From assembly GCA_027923505.1 (NCBI GenBank), contig BROI01000012.1, positions 868,001 through 932,000 on the forward strand: a DNA stretch of 64,000 nt, written 5' to 3'. This stretch comes from Mayamaea pseudoterrestris. Lineage: Eukaryota. Under the pieces are notes generated by a model. The model saw nothing but the letters and a program-made list of their open reading frames with translations. It searched no databases and was not told the origin of the DNA. Shown here piece after piece: positions 34,788 through 46,535 of this stretch; position 1 is the stretch's first letter, and each line of letters begins with the position of its first letter. A program made the position numbers and the translations under genes.

Positions 34788-35447
34788 TTTGATAGTCTGC
34801 CAAGTATCCAATGCCAATGTTCTGCGAAAAAAGGATATATCCAAGCAGTTTAAGAACACACACCTTAATCTCTGGTATATTATCAAGCAATTGTTAACCA
34901 AATTCCTTTAAATTATTGTTTATCGCAAGTCGATTCGTGACAGCACTGCAACAAATGCATGAGCAACCCATCATCGCTCGCCGTTCGGCGCATCGCGACG
35001 GCTCGCTAATCGACGCACTTACACACTTACATTGTTATCAGCACCAAGACCGACTATTATATATAAAAGATGGAATGCGTCTTTCAGATTTAGTCAGAGC
35101 AAGTGCTCGAGTTGCACGCCGCGAAAGCCGACTGGCGGTTTCGCGGTTTCTGTCATCGCTTCGATCGCCAAGAATGTCGCATTGGTTGTCAAGGGATCCG
35201 AGCTACCGGAATGTCACCAATGCCTGCACAGCCATGCGACTGGGGGTCTCAATGATCCATACTTGCGATATATATACACTATTTTATATTAACAGCTTCA
35301 GCTGCTCGACTACTTGGTATTACATAGTAGAGACGGCGGTGCGTTAATAAGCCCGACGGCATGAAGTGTGTGGTGCGGTGCAGTGTGTTGCGGCATATCT
35401 GTTTTACTACAAAAATGGCTCGCCATCCGACGAACATACGTTCTTTT

Positions 35448-36380
35448 TCAGTCACCCTCTTCGCCGCACTCCGAGGCATCGCTTGTGCCTTCACCACTAT
35501 CAGAGGAAATCGATTCATCACCGTCACTGTCTGAAAGTTCCTCGTTCTTTTGCAGCAGCGTCTCGAGAGCCGGTCGCTTTCGCTTGGAAGGAAGCGATTT
35601 CAAAACCAACGGTTCCATAACAGCCGACTGCCGCAACCAAGCTTCGGTATCAAGTGCTGCGATGCCGCCACCATCTTCACCATGATTTGTTCGTTGCACA
35701 ATGCCAGTCACAAGCAGCAGCTTGTCAATAAATTGCCGAAAGTCAGGGCTGGCTTGCTTCAATTGTTCCAAGCAATCTTCCTGCAACGTTGTGTCCTTGT
35801 TGCGTCTCGTTAGGTTGGGTGCTTTGACAATGCTGGTGATGACGTGACGAAGTGATTCGTCGCTCAACTGTTCGCGGAGCCAGCCCGACGAGTGCATGGC
35901 GTCAGTCATGTCGGCAGTAATCTTCCAGTCATTGTCCTGAGCATCATGAGAAGGGTGAATGCTTTTAACATGTTTAGGAGGAGCTGACAGCTGCATTGCT
36001 GGTGCAATGCTTGCGTCAAAATACTCTGCAGTGGCAGCAAATCGGCTTTTGCGAGGATGAGCATTGGCGGTTGATGCTCCTGCTTCTTGCAATGATTCGG
36101 ATGGTACTAGACATAATCCAACTTCCTCCTTGTGTCGTTTGCAGCATACTATGCTGCAATAGGACGAGCGGCACTTGGGGCATTTGTACTTTGGTTCGCC
36201 CTCGTGACAGACGGAACACTTCGCTGCAGGTATTTCGACGGCAGCAGTAGCGTTTGGTTTTCGATTCCTGGTTCGGTCATTATGTTGGTTGTTGGGTCTC
36301 CTTTTCTTTCTTTGGTTTCGATGGTCTCTGCTGTTGGGCGCTGGGTTTGCTAAATTACTTGCGGTTGACAGCGACGCCAT
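35448..36380 (-). CDS. zf-HIT domain protein (ZNHIT3/Hit1-like)
   Basis: CSVCHEGEPKYKCPKCRSSYCSIVCCKRHK, followed by LREQLSDESLRHVI...FRQFIDKLL as in the Hit1 C-terminus. Confidence 0.85.
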   Translation of the reverse strand: MASLSTASNLANPAPNSRDHRNQRKKRRPNNQHNDRTRNRKPNATAAVEIPAAKCSVCHEGEPKYKCPKCRSSYCSIVCCKRHKEEVGLCLVPSESLQEAGASTANAHPRKSRFAATAEYFDASIAPAMQLSAPPKHVKSIHPSHDAQDNDWKITADMTDAMHSSGWLREQLSDESLRHVITSIVKAPNLTRRNKDTTLQEDCLEQLKQASPDFRQFIDKLLLVTGIVQRTNHGEDGGGIAALDTEAWLRQSAVMEPLVLKSLPSKRKRPALETLLQKNEELSDSDGDESISSDSGEGTSDASECGEEGD

Positions 36381-36476
36381 GGTGAGAAGGAAGGAAATGG
36401 ATCGGTGGACCGCGCGACGATGCACCCGTGTCGCAAAGAGACTGAGATTGTCGCGGATGCGGCAATGAAAAAACGC

Positions 36477-36800
36477 TTGCCCTCCCATATCTTCCAGGCT
36501 GCATGCAGTGAGCTACAAATGAGGCAACTGCACCAATCTCACCGCAAACTACTCCCAAAGCATAGCCAGCATAGAATGATTGGTATTGGACTACAGGAGA
36601 TAGAGATTGGAGGCTACACTATAGCACCATGAGGCTGGTTACTCGTTGGGCATTTGCCCTCCCAAATATTTCAGACTATGAGTGAGCTACAACAGAAGCA
36701 ACTGCACCAATCCCACCGCATACTAGTCCCAAAGCGTAGCCAATGCAGAAATGGATGTAAATGGACTACAGGAGATAGTGGTTGGAGGCTACGCTTAGCT
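36477..36800. repeat. Degenerate tandem dimer, period ~177 bp
   Basis: TTGCCCTCCCA...AGTGAGCTACAA...GCAACTGCACCAATC...GGACTACAGGAGATAG..TTGGAGGCTAC occurs at ~36477 and ~36654. Confidence 0.85.
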
Positions 36801-37159
36801 CACGCCTTTGCTTGTCCGTGCGGTACTGCTGCGACGTCTTCGTTTCGCGTCACGTTTCTCGGCGACGAACAGCCCGCCATCACCATGGCCTTTTTCAAGT
36901 CAAAGAGGCCAAACATATCCAAAACGGGCACATTTTTGAAGTGCCATCAAGCCAATTGCTCATCACAGGCGATAAGATGCTTGTGAAAGTGATTAGCTGA
37001 ACGGATGAGGTGACATCATCATCGCGCATGTGACATGTGACGATGATGCATGATGCAAGCGAGCACGAACACAAAGCAAGTGTTGAGTGCTATTTGTTCT
37101 TCCCATCGACAAGTCCGTCGGGGATTAAAAGATAGTTTTGCAATAGAGACTGCTTCAAA

Positions 37160-38124
37160 ATGGAGGTGATACTGAGGGCATTCTTGCTCATTGCGTTCAC
37201 TACAGCCGTCCAAGCAGAATTTATTTTCGACGCACAAATCAGGAGGGATATTGGTGCTGCTTATCAAGGCGACCATCAAATTCGTCGACTACTAGTAGAC
37301 AAGAAAAAGAAGAAGGATCGGATCCATAGTCATCCGGACATGCATGTTGAGTCAAAGGGGCAAAGTGCTTCGAAGAGAAAGCCGAAAACAATTCACGACG
37401 AATCGGGAAAGCGCAAGGTCGGTTCAAGTAGCAGCAAGAACGTCAAAGGGGTTTCAAAAGCAACAAAAGGGGCATCATCAAAGATGGCTAGCGATGGATC
37501 GGTTGGAGGTGGAAGGAAAAGTGGCCTTGATCGTTTGATTGTTCCGACTGTAGCACCCACGCGACGACTCGCGTCGCCGACATTAGGTTCGCATGTTCCT
37601 CCTTCTACATCATCGCCTCATTTGTCGACACTTGAGCCAACAATAACACCATACGAGGCAACAGAACAACCTGCAGTGCCATTCTCTGCCAATCATGCTG
37701 CTTCACGGGGAGCAGAGTTGGACGAAACGACCTCGTCTTCATTTTTATCGTCGACTTGTCAAGGCATTCAAACTTCACTGGAATCTTGCTTTGCAACCAT
37801 GAGCGTTGTTGAAGCTCGTGCTTGCAAATTGTAAGTATGCGGACAAGGAGAAGCGTTGTCTGAATGGTTGGTAAACCATGCTAACATAAATTTCCTCGCA
37901 GATGCGTTGTAAACTCCATACCCGTCAACGTTACTAGTTGCAGCGAGTTTGAAGCAGAATCTTGCAGCGCCATTGCTGATGAATGCATGGCGTGCTCAGA
38001 CTGCCGACGGGTCGTTGGCAATTTCATGACGTGTGCGTTTCAGCAAGCCTTGGGTTGCGCCATTTCATGTGACGTGCAAACACATGCATCGCAGAATGCT
38101 GAACACTCCAGAAGTACGGACTAA
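37160..38124 (+). CDS. Secreted Lys-rich/Pro-Thr-rich protein with Cys-rich C-terminal domain (exons 37160-37830, 37902-38124)
   Basis: Signal peptide, RRL motifs, a K-rich block, PT-rich spacer, intron GTAAGT...CTAAC...GCAG, and exon 2 adding about 9 Cys. Confidence 0.8.
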
Positions 38125-38385
38125 ACTGTACTGCATTGTTCATATTTCGATGTTGCCAGCGCTCGAGGTGGTTAACCAGGTCTCAAGGACTGCTTTGGCA
38201 TCGTCATTTAATGCATTCGAACTACATATGTGTATGAAAAGCTCTTCCTTTCTGAAGACGGTGATGCACTATTAGTTGCTAGTTGAACATCATATATAAG
38301 CGAGAACTACGACATGTTCTATGTTTCGTTACATAAGTAGGATTTATAGCAACCGACAATTGCAAATCCACGCAATTTTCCTTGC

Positions 38386-40833
38386 CTACTGTGACACAGC
38401 ATGCACACTATCCAATAACCCAGGTGGCCCATACGGTGAGAAGGGAGCAATAGTTCCATCAGCCAGCACAGCCGGCCCCTTGGGCATGAGCTGGCGTTCA
38501 CGAAGAACCTTGTCAAACGTCTCCTGCTGATAATCCTCCAAACGAGCGCGGAAAATAGATGGGCCGACAAACTGAGCCAAGTCTTCTGCGCATTGACCCG
38601 CCGCATGAATGGATAGCTGTGACGCAGACTTTGATTCCAAGTTTGAAAACATGAGTTCCATAAAGACATCTAGGTAGAGCTTCTTAAAGCGATTCTTGCC
38701 AATCGCATGAGCCATGGAAGGGAGCTGTCGCCAAAGGGTGGCACGTAGCTCGCTCGCCTGAGGGAAGTGCGAAACGCGGCAGACATCGGCCAGCTCTTGC
38801 AACAAAGGCAACAATTCATCGTCCTTGATTTCCAAGGCGGTACCAATTGCTTCGTCGCTGCAGCAGCGAATGCAGAGCTCTCGAATCAGGTAGATGCATC
38901 CATCGGTTGCTTCCCATGGCGCCTTTGGGCGGTCAATACCACAGTTGGAGCAACCGATGCGCCCGGCACCGCCCTTTCGCAATTTGGGAGCCAAGGATCC
39001 GCAACTGTACAACTGAGAGTCCGTGTGCTGCTCCACGTCATTAACATGAGCCTTATACGCATCCTGGCTCATGGCCGGTTGATCCTTCGCTGCCGGCATA
39101 ATCTTCTTGACAAGCTCTCGAACCTTGACCAAAAACTCTTCGCCGTATGCTTCAAGGGCGTCGCCCAACGCTACAGCAGCATCCTCCCGCACCGACCAAA
39201 TCTGATCCGTCAGCTGTTCGGTCCACCTCTCCCAAAGAACATTTAGCTCCGGGCGGCACTCATCGGGGTACGCCTTGCAGAGCAGTCCACACGCCAGGCA
39301 AGCTTCATCACGAACTGGCCACGATTCATCATGGAAGCACATGAGTAGGGCCTGGATCAGCATTTCCAAATGTCCGGGAAGCAAATCGTGGTACTCGGTC
39401 GACGAGGATCCTAGTTTAGTGGCAAGCTCGGCAATGGCTTGACAAGCTCCTTCGCGGACAACGTGATTGTCCGCATCCGCCATTTGTACATAGTAACGGC
39501 AAACAGCTGGCAAGTACTTGGCCACCAAGTCAAGTCCTTGATCCTTAACAACCAATTTCCACGACTGATGCGAGTACAACTTGACTCCCTGCGCCAAGTA
39601 GAAGCGGTTCAAGCACATGCGCGGAAGAAGAGTCGGATACAAGTCTTCCACCGAGCATCCATTTTCCTGCAGATTGACAAACAAGACGCGACAAAGCACC
39701 GACGCCGCCATGCGCACCTGACTCCAATTGTCGGCAAGTCCAGTCTTTAAGACGGCCGCAACAATCTTGCGCAAGGGCGCCGTCTGCTCGAGCAGCAACT
39801 CCTGCGACAAGTCCTTGCTGGTACCTTTGGTAGCCACTGTCGCCACCACCCACTGCTCCAAGACTGCCATGGCTGCCGCTCGCACGTGACGATTCTTGTG
39901 CGTCACGGCGCAATACTCGCAATTCGTCAAGACCACTTGCGGTAATCCAAACTGCTGCACGTAGACTGGTCCCATGGCGCTCACGAGAGCCGCAAGACAC
40001 TGCCAGTTGGTTTCCAGCGCTCGCCAACCCGTGGTATCGTCCAAGGCGCCCGTCGAGTCGCGCGAGTACTGCAAGTACTTTTGAGCCGTCAAGTGCGAGT
40101 CCTCTTGGTCTAAGTGTTGTAACCCAACAGCTGCCGTCTCCTTTGTTTCTTCCTTTGCGTCAGCAGCAGCAGTTGCAGCAGCATTCTCCGGCCGCCCTTC
40201 CTCCAAATGTTTGGTAATGCTGCTCAGCAGCTGCTCATGAATCTCACGCTGCATGTCTTGAACCTTGTTTGACGCATTCGTGACTTGCAAGTAGGCGCCC
40301 ACTACCTTGGCCACGTACGTGCGAACGCGCGGCTCCAAATGCTCCATGTGACGCAAGGCAATCGCGTGCAGCAACTCTTGGAGCGACGCAATGCAAGTCT
40401 TGTCTGAGCCGTCTAGCAGCAGCGGCGGCAGGCATGTCGTGTTGGAGGCGTCAAACGTTTCCTCGGGAACGCGTGGGCCTTCCATGTAGACGGGACGCGT
40501 GCTACTTCCTGCAGTCGTGGTCGTGGTTGGTGTAGTAGTCGTGCTTGGCGCTTGAGCGGCGGCGGCTTGCTGCTGCTGAAGCAACTGCGTGGCGACAAAG
40601 AGGCCGACAGCGAGCGGCTCCCAGCGGACCGTCTTGCTTGCATTGCTATTAGCAAATGGCGCCAAGAGTTCCATCAAGTGATTGTAAAAGGAAACTGCGT
40701 TGGCTTGATCACTTGACGCGGAGTCAATGAGCTCGGATTGCAGCTGCTCGGCCAGCTTGACGACCGCATTGTCGAGTGGCGGCTGACGGCGACGAAGGCT
40801 TTCGATGGAACGAGGTACGGAGGAAAAGTCCAT
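38386..40833 (-). CDS. HEAT/ARM-repeat protein of unknown function
   Basis: 815-aa ORF with repeated HEAT-like units (DNWSQVRMAAS, DESWPVRDEAC, DQIWSVREDAA). Confidence 0.85.
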   Translation of the reverse strand: MDFSSVPRSIESLRRRQPPLDNAVVKLAEQLQSELIDSASSDQANAVSFYNHLMELLAPFANSNASKTVRWEPLAVGLFVATQLLQQQQAAAAQAPSTTTTPTTTTTAGSSTRPVYMEGPRVPEETFDASNTTCLPPLLLDGSDKTCIASLQELLHAIALRHMEHLEPRVRTYVAKVVGAYLQVTNASNKVQDMQREIHEQLLSSITKHLEEGRPENAAATAAADAKEETKETAAVGLQHLDQEDSHLTAQKYLQYSRDSTGALDDTTGWRALETNWQCLAALVSAMGPVYVQQFGLPQVVLTNCEYCAVTHKNRHVRAAAMAVLEQWVVATVATKGTSKDLSQELLLEQTAPLRKIVAAVLKTGLADNWSQVRMAASVLCRVLFVNLQENGCSVEDLYPTLLPRMCLNRFYLAQGVKLYSHQSWKLVVKDQGLDLVAKYLPAVCRYYVQMADADNHVVREGACQAIAELATKLGSSSTEYHDLLPGHLEMLIQALLMCFHDESWPVRDEACLACGLLCKAYPDECRPELNVLWERWTEQLTDQIWSVREDAAVALGDALEAYGEEFLVKVRELVKKIMPAAKDQPAMSQDAYKAHVNDVEQHTDSQLYSCGSLAPKLRKGGAGRIGCSNCGIDRPKAPWEATDGCIYLIRELCIRCCSDEAIGTALEIKDDELLPLLQELADVCRVSHFPQASELRATLWRQLPSMAHAIGKNRFKKLYLDVFMELMFSNLESKSASQLSIHAAGQCAEDLAQFVGPSIFRARLEDYQQETFDKVLRERQLMPKGPAVLADGTIAPFSPYGPPGLLDSVHAVSQ

Positions 40834-41050
40834 GGCTAGTGTCTATTAACAATGAAAAGAAGAATATATTGATTCCTTGCTGCCTGCTCTGCAGATCGTT
40901 TTTGTTTGTGACGCGACGAAAGAGCGCGGCGCGGCGCGGCGCGGTGGAAGGCTCACTCGTCTGTCCGTCGCTCGGAATGGCGCGCCACGCCACGAATCTT
41001 TTGCATCTGCGTCAAAAATGATCGTCGCATTTTTTATTCTCCTCGTCACC

Positions 41051-43070
41051 ATGGCGTCGTCGTCGTCGCAAGTTTCCTTTCTCGAAAAGCTCAATGCTCG
41101 AATAGCAGAGACAGACTCACTGCTGTGCATTGGCTTGGATCCGCATGAATCAGACTTGTTTCCAAACGAACATGCCAGCGTGGCGAATTCCTTGTCATCG
41201 GAAGTACGCTGCGACGCCGCCTTTACCTTTTGCAAAACCATCATTGACGCAACCATTCCCTACGCCGCCTGCTACAAGCCCAACGCAGCTTTCTTTGAAG
41301 CCCTTGGTGATGGCGGCGCCGCTTGTTTGGCGCGCGTCTGTCGCGAGATTCCGACGCAAATTCCAATACTGCTGGACGTGAAGCGCGGCGACATTGGATC
41401 GACGGCCGAGGCGTATGCGAAGGCAGCCTACGAACATGTTGGAGCGGATGCCGTGACATTGTCGCCGCTCATGGGATGGGATTCTGTGAGTCCCTTTGTG
41501 ACTGGTGAGTATTATATTATTGGATGGTGTGTCTGTAAGTTTTCAAGCATGATCGTCGACTAACTCACACATGCGGTGCTTGTCCTTCCTACAGACAAAT
41601 ATAGCCACAAGGGCGCCTTTCTTTTATGCAAAACTTCCAATCCAGGCAGCAACGACTTGCTTGCCTTGCAGCTGCAATCAGGCGAAACCTTGTACAGCAA
41701 AATTGCGCATCTCGTGGGCCACCAGTGGGCCGCACAAACACCAGCCGCCCTTGGACTTGTCGTTGGCGCCACGGACGCGCAAGCCTTGATGAATGCGCGA
41801 AGGGCGGCTGGTCCAAACGTTTGGATTCTAGCGCCAGGAGTTGGAGCGCAGGGTGGAGACTTGGAAAAGTGCTTGCGTGCTGGCATGAACGAGCATGGAG
41901 GCAACCTTTTGATTCCAGTGTCGCGCGGCATTTCTCGTGCCAATGATCCTGCAGATGCTGCCAAGAAACTTGTGGAACAAATCCGTGCCGTACAATCTAC
42001 CTTTACTTGTGCAGCAGCTGAGAATAGTGCTTGTTCCATTGCGCCATATCAACGAGACTTTATCGAGTTTAGCCTTTCGCAAGGTGTGCTCAAGTTTGGT
42101 TCCTTTGTGTTGAAGAGCGGCCGAACGTCTCCTTACTTTTTTAACGCTGGCTTGTTCGCCACTGGAGCTTCCCTCTTTCGTCTCTCAAAGGCATATGCAT
42201 CGGCAATCATGGCGTCTCCTGATCTGTACGTATATATTTTGGCGTGTGTTGACATTTTGATCGTGAACGTTGAGAGGAAAGGATGAGCTCTATCTTGGTC
42301 CGTGTTATTGATCCGCCCCCATGCGAGTGGCGATGAAGTTAAATCAAGATTCTGATCCTCTCGAGTTATGTGTTACCGTGCTATATGTTACCGTGCTTGT
42401 GCAAATGAGTCGATGATGATTTGGGTGGTCTTCTTTCACCTTAGGCCCTTTCGGGCTGATGCTGGTCAACCTCCAATTCGCTGATTCGATAGAATGGCTG
42501 AGACTTGATTGCACAGTGTACAAGTGTCAATTGTAGAACGCTTAAGACCAATCGATTCTGACCATTCTTCTTTTTTGCAGAGCGGAGGGAGGCATTGTCA
42601 AGTTTGACGTAATTTTTGGTCCTGCCTACAAGGGTATTTCGCTCGGCGCCCTTGTGAGCAGCGCTTTGTACAGCGACTTTGGCGTTGATGTCGGTTTTGC
42701 ATACAATCGCAAGGAGGCCAAGGATCATGGCGAAGGAGGAACGCTTGTTGGAGCTCCCATGCAAGGCAAGCGCGTCCTGGTGGTTGATGATGTAATAACG
42801 GCAGGAACTGCAATTCGTGAAGCGTATACGCTACTGAAAGGTGTCGACGCTGAACCAATCGGTGTTGTTATTGCCCTTGATCGAGCTGAGATCCGATCGT
42901 TGGACGATCGGATATCAGCAGTGCAAGCAGTCTCGAGAGACTTGGGCTTGCACGTCGTTTCTATTGTCAGTTTGCCACAACTACAGGAATATCTGCAGCT
43001 AAGCAGCGAATTTGGTGACGCAACAAGGGAAGCTATATCCGCCTATCGACGAGATTTTGGTGTTGAGTAA
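41051..43070 (+). CDS. UMPS: UMP synthase, ODC-OPRT (inverted) fusion (exons 41051-41504, 41595-42225, 42581-43070)
   Basis: [16 protein letters not shown] and [11 protein letters not shown] (OMP decarboxylase), then [22 protein letters not shown] and [11 protein letters not shown] (OPRT). Introns are in frame. Confidence 0.96.
42272..42362 (+). ncRNA. U18: Intronic box C/D snoRNA, U18/snR18 homolog
   Basis: 7-bp terminal stem GAGAGGA/TCCTCTC, C box AGGATGA, guide CTTGGTCCGTGTT before D' TTGA (complementary to conserved LSU rRNA AACACGGACCAAG), C' CGATGA and D box CTGA. Confidence 0.85.
42409..42490 (+). ncRNA. Second intronic box C/D snoRNA candidate
   Basis: C box ATGATGA (42413) and D box CTGA (42481). 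GGTCTTCTTTC is complementary to conserved LSU GAAAGAAGACC. An internal GCCC-TTTC-GGGC hairpin lies between the putative D' and C' boxes. Confidence 0.65.
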
Positions 43071-43229
43071 TATTGTATAAAATAAATGTCGAATAAACTG
43101 TAGACTATATTGATCTTTATGCACGTATTACTATAGACGCCGGCACTGGAATCCTTGATGACATCATCTTGGTAGCAAGTCATCCTCCGCGCACAAAAGG
43201 CGTTCCTTTACCACACATCACATTGAGAT

Positions 43230-43827
43230 TTACATCAAGAGCGTAATTAGTCCAAGAGCAGCCGTTGCAGACAAAGCAGCCTTCGTTGCCGAGCTTTCTC
43301 CGCTTTGGATACCAGCGGCATCGCGGTCAGTCGGCTCGGACAGGGCCAGTGTAGGCAATTCTGTGGTCAAGGACAAAGGCATTGAGCTTGGAATATCAGA
43401 AGGCGAATCTAGAATTGCATCAAGGAAAGGAAGACGGCATGAGCGAGAGTTCATCCAGCAAAGGACTCGGCTCGCCAGCGATTCGAGGCTGCGACGAGAC
43501 AACAACAGATACGACGTCTCACGCAACCACTCGCACCTGCACTTGCACTCAATTTAACGTACCAGATGAATATGCCGATGGTGCCAAGCTGGGTACATCT
43601 GATGGGGCTAGAGAAGGAGAATCGCTTGGGACAAACGATGGCGCGTCGGAAGGAACCAAACTTGGGGCGTCGGAATTGGCGGCAGCAAACTTTTCGCCAG
43701 TTGCAATGTTGAGCTTGCTCCACATTTCTTCCGTCTGCCCCTGCCCAAATACAAAACTAGTAGCGCAGAGCTGCAGAGCGAGGAGTTGAACGATCATAAT
43801 CATGTTTCTCATGGTTGAATTGTACAT
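43230..43827 (-). CDS. Small secreted xxPS-repeat protein, possibly GPI-anchored (probable exons 43827-43563, 43408-43230)
   Basis: Signal peptide, DAPSLVPSDAPSFVPSDSPSLAPS repeats and a hydrophobic C-terminal tail. The splice acceptor is inferred from frame. Confidence 0.65.
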
Positions 43828-44467
43828 CGCTGAATTATCGAATTGATTTTGTTGTGGTGTGAATGGAGAAGAAAAGTGTGACGGGAGCAAGTGCAAGAGG
43901 CGTTATATATGCCCTTTTGAGCGAGCCAATCGGCTGACTCCTCGTCCAGCGATGAAAGATACCATGCGATGACAGGCTCGCTCGATCAAGACACAAAGCC
44001 AATTGCATCACAATTTCGCCATGGGAAGATGACATTGAGAGTCAAGTGATGGTCGCCCCACCAATTCTATCGGCAGCCACAATGATACAGTAGTTCTAAG
44101 ATCCTGCATGTCCATCCATGTGACTTGATAAATATAGTCAACACATCTCAATATCCTAGGAAATTTCGTGGTTTAACAACGCTCAATGCATCATTTCCTC
44201 GCGACGCCATGTCAAGAAATTATGCACGCATACACCTGCGCGATGCTCGCCATACGTGGAGGAAAATGGAAGTGAAGCCGTTGAACCCTTTGGTAATTAG
44301 TAATTTCGTTGTTCGTATTAAATCTCACTGTTTTTCTCGGCACCACGTATGCCAATCTGTGAGCTACTTGCGATGCTGGAACCTAGAACTACTCCTACAA
44401 GTTTAGCAGTACGATGATGCTGTAATACAGAATGGTTATCAATCCCCATCATGCACGACTCGTTGAC

Positions 44468-46185
44468 CTATTTCTTCTCGCGACGTGTAATTCTCATGGG
44501 TAAACAGTCATCGGGATGCTGTACCACCGCCACTTTGCCCGGCAAAAGTTTGTAGTTGGGCAAAGTATCAAAGCGCAAATGTTTCAGTAGCCCAGCTAAA
44601 ACAATCGTAGCTTCTTGAAGCGCAAAGCGACCGCCTGGGCAGTTGCGCGCGCCACCGCTAAACGTGAAAAATGCATGCATGTTGGCTGCCGGAACATCTC
44701 CATCAGGACCTGTCGTTGTCGAATCGCGCTCCACCCACGTTCCCTGTTTATTCATGACAACCCATCGCTCCGGAATAAAGTCATTGCCGCGCTCAAAGTT
44801 GTGTTCCAAACGCTGAATCATCCAAATGGGAATGTAGACAGTCGTGCCCATTGGAACGACAAAGCCGTCGTGAAGCGTGACATCCTTTCGCAACTTGCGC
44901 AGCGTCGCTGGCGCCGGAGGAAACAGACGCAAGGCTTCCCGCACCACGGCATGGCAGTATTGTAGCTTGTCAGTGTCAATTAGATCCGTACAAGCGTCAA
45001 TCTCCTTCAAGCAACGTTCATACGCTTGATTGTCCTGGCTGACAAGGTACAAGGCATACGAGAGCGTAATTGACGTTGTATCATAACCAGCAAAGAGGAG
45101 CGTCATCATGATATCCGTCAAAACCTCATCAACGTTTGTTGATTCAGCAGCAACTGACTCGTCCTTATCCTTGCTTGATTCGTGGGCGTCGCACATGTAG
45201 GCCAGCAAATCCCGCTTGCCGTTGGCAAACGTGACAGTACCGGCATGTCGTTGACGAACTTGCTCCACCAAAAACTCTCGCAGCAGGGTCTGAGATTCCT
45301 TATGCTGGCGATTCAACTCTGTCGGATACGAGTAAAAGTAGTTGCTTGGACGCAACGGATTAGTGTTGAACCGCGTTGTCATGCCGGCAGCGAGTGTGTC
45401 AAAGGCCGTGGCAAAGGGCGACGAGACAAGCGTCTTGGAGCTTCCAAAGTCACAGGAAAATGCGGCAAGGCCAAATACATCCATGGTAATCATCTTCATA
45501 AGGGGCTCTACCTTTGTTTCGTAGCATTTGTCGTCGAGCGAGTCAATCTTGTGCAGCAAGGACTTGCACATGGTGTCGACAACTTTGACCATGGCTTCCT
45601 TGTACGATGCCAGACCAGTAGGGGTAAATGTTTTAGCGATCTGATCGAAGAGCATTGAAAGGTCAAAGTAAACAAGTATGAGTTAAGCGTCTCACGTCAT
45701 GTTTCAAATTCACAAATCCAATTATCACAATGTCGTCTGTATCAAGCACTCACCGCTGACCGATGATGCTTCCAAACCTTGCCATGTAGTATGAGTAAGT
45801 TATTATAACCCAAGAATTGCTTCAAATGCTTGTCCAGAATCTTGATCGGCTCCCGATACTCCTCCACCATGAGTACTTGCCGCGCATCCTCCCAGTGGCT
45901 CACGCTCAAGCCGGGCGAAAAGACGTGCCAATATCCAGTCCGCCCATTCTTGTCGGCACTGTCAACAGATACCCATCGTTGGGCCTCCTGAAAGTCTGGA
46001 TTCAAATAGGGTAAATGACCGTATAGCAAGTGAAAGCCTGGGCCTTGTGGCGTTGGAAGTGAGTCAAATGGTTTGACGAATCTTCGACGGCAAAGAGAGT
46101 GGTAAACGTAGGTGACGAGCGCCAAAGCGAGACCGAATCCAATCGACAGCCACAACGGCGAGAACAAGACTCCAACGAAACTCAT
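44468..46185 (-). CDS. Cytochrome P450 (exons ~46185-45754, 45640-44468)
   Basis: N-terminal TM anchor, AGYDTT I-helix, EALR, PERW and FSGGARNCPG heme motif. Confidence 0.95.
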
Positions 46186-46535
46186 GATGCGGCTCCTGCT
46201 GTTTATTAATGACTTGAAAGTGTCAGAAGCGAACGTGGAATTGGCAACCAGGATCATCAAACCCATCATTGATCTCGTTTTGATCGCTAGCGAACCTCCT
46301 GGATCAGAATTCCGAGTACCGTTCCGACGTTTTTCGATGATTGGATGACTCATCGGATCCTTCGTCACGCGCGTCACGCATTCGACCATGGCATGAACTG
46401 CTACAAACTGAATGTATGTAGTAGCTGCTAAAATGCAACCCTTTCGTCATGGCAAACTCAGGAATAAATGAGAACGAGGCTAGATGTTATTAATCATATT
46501 ATAGAGGACAAAAAAAATCATTTGGCTCAAGCAGC

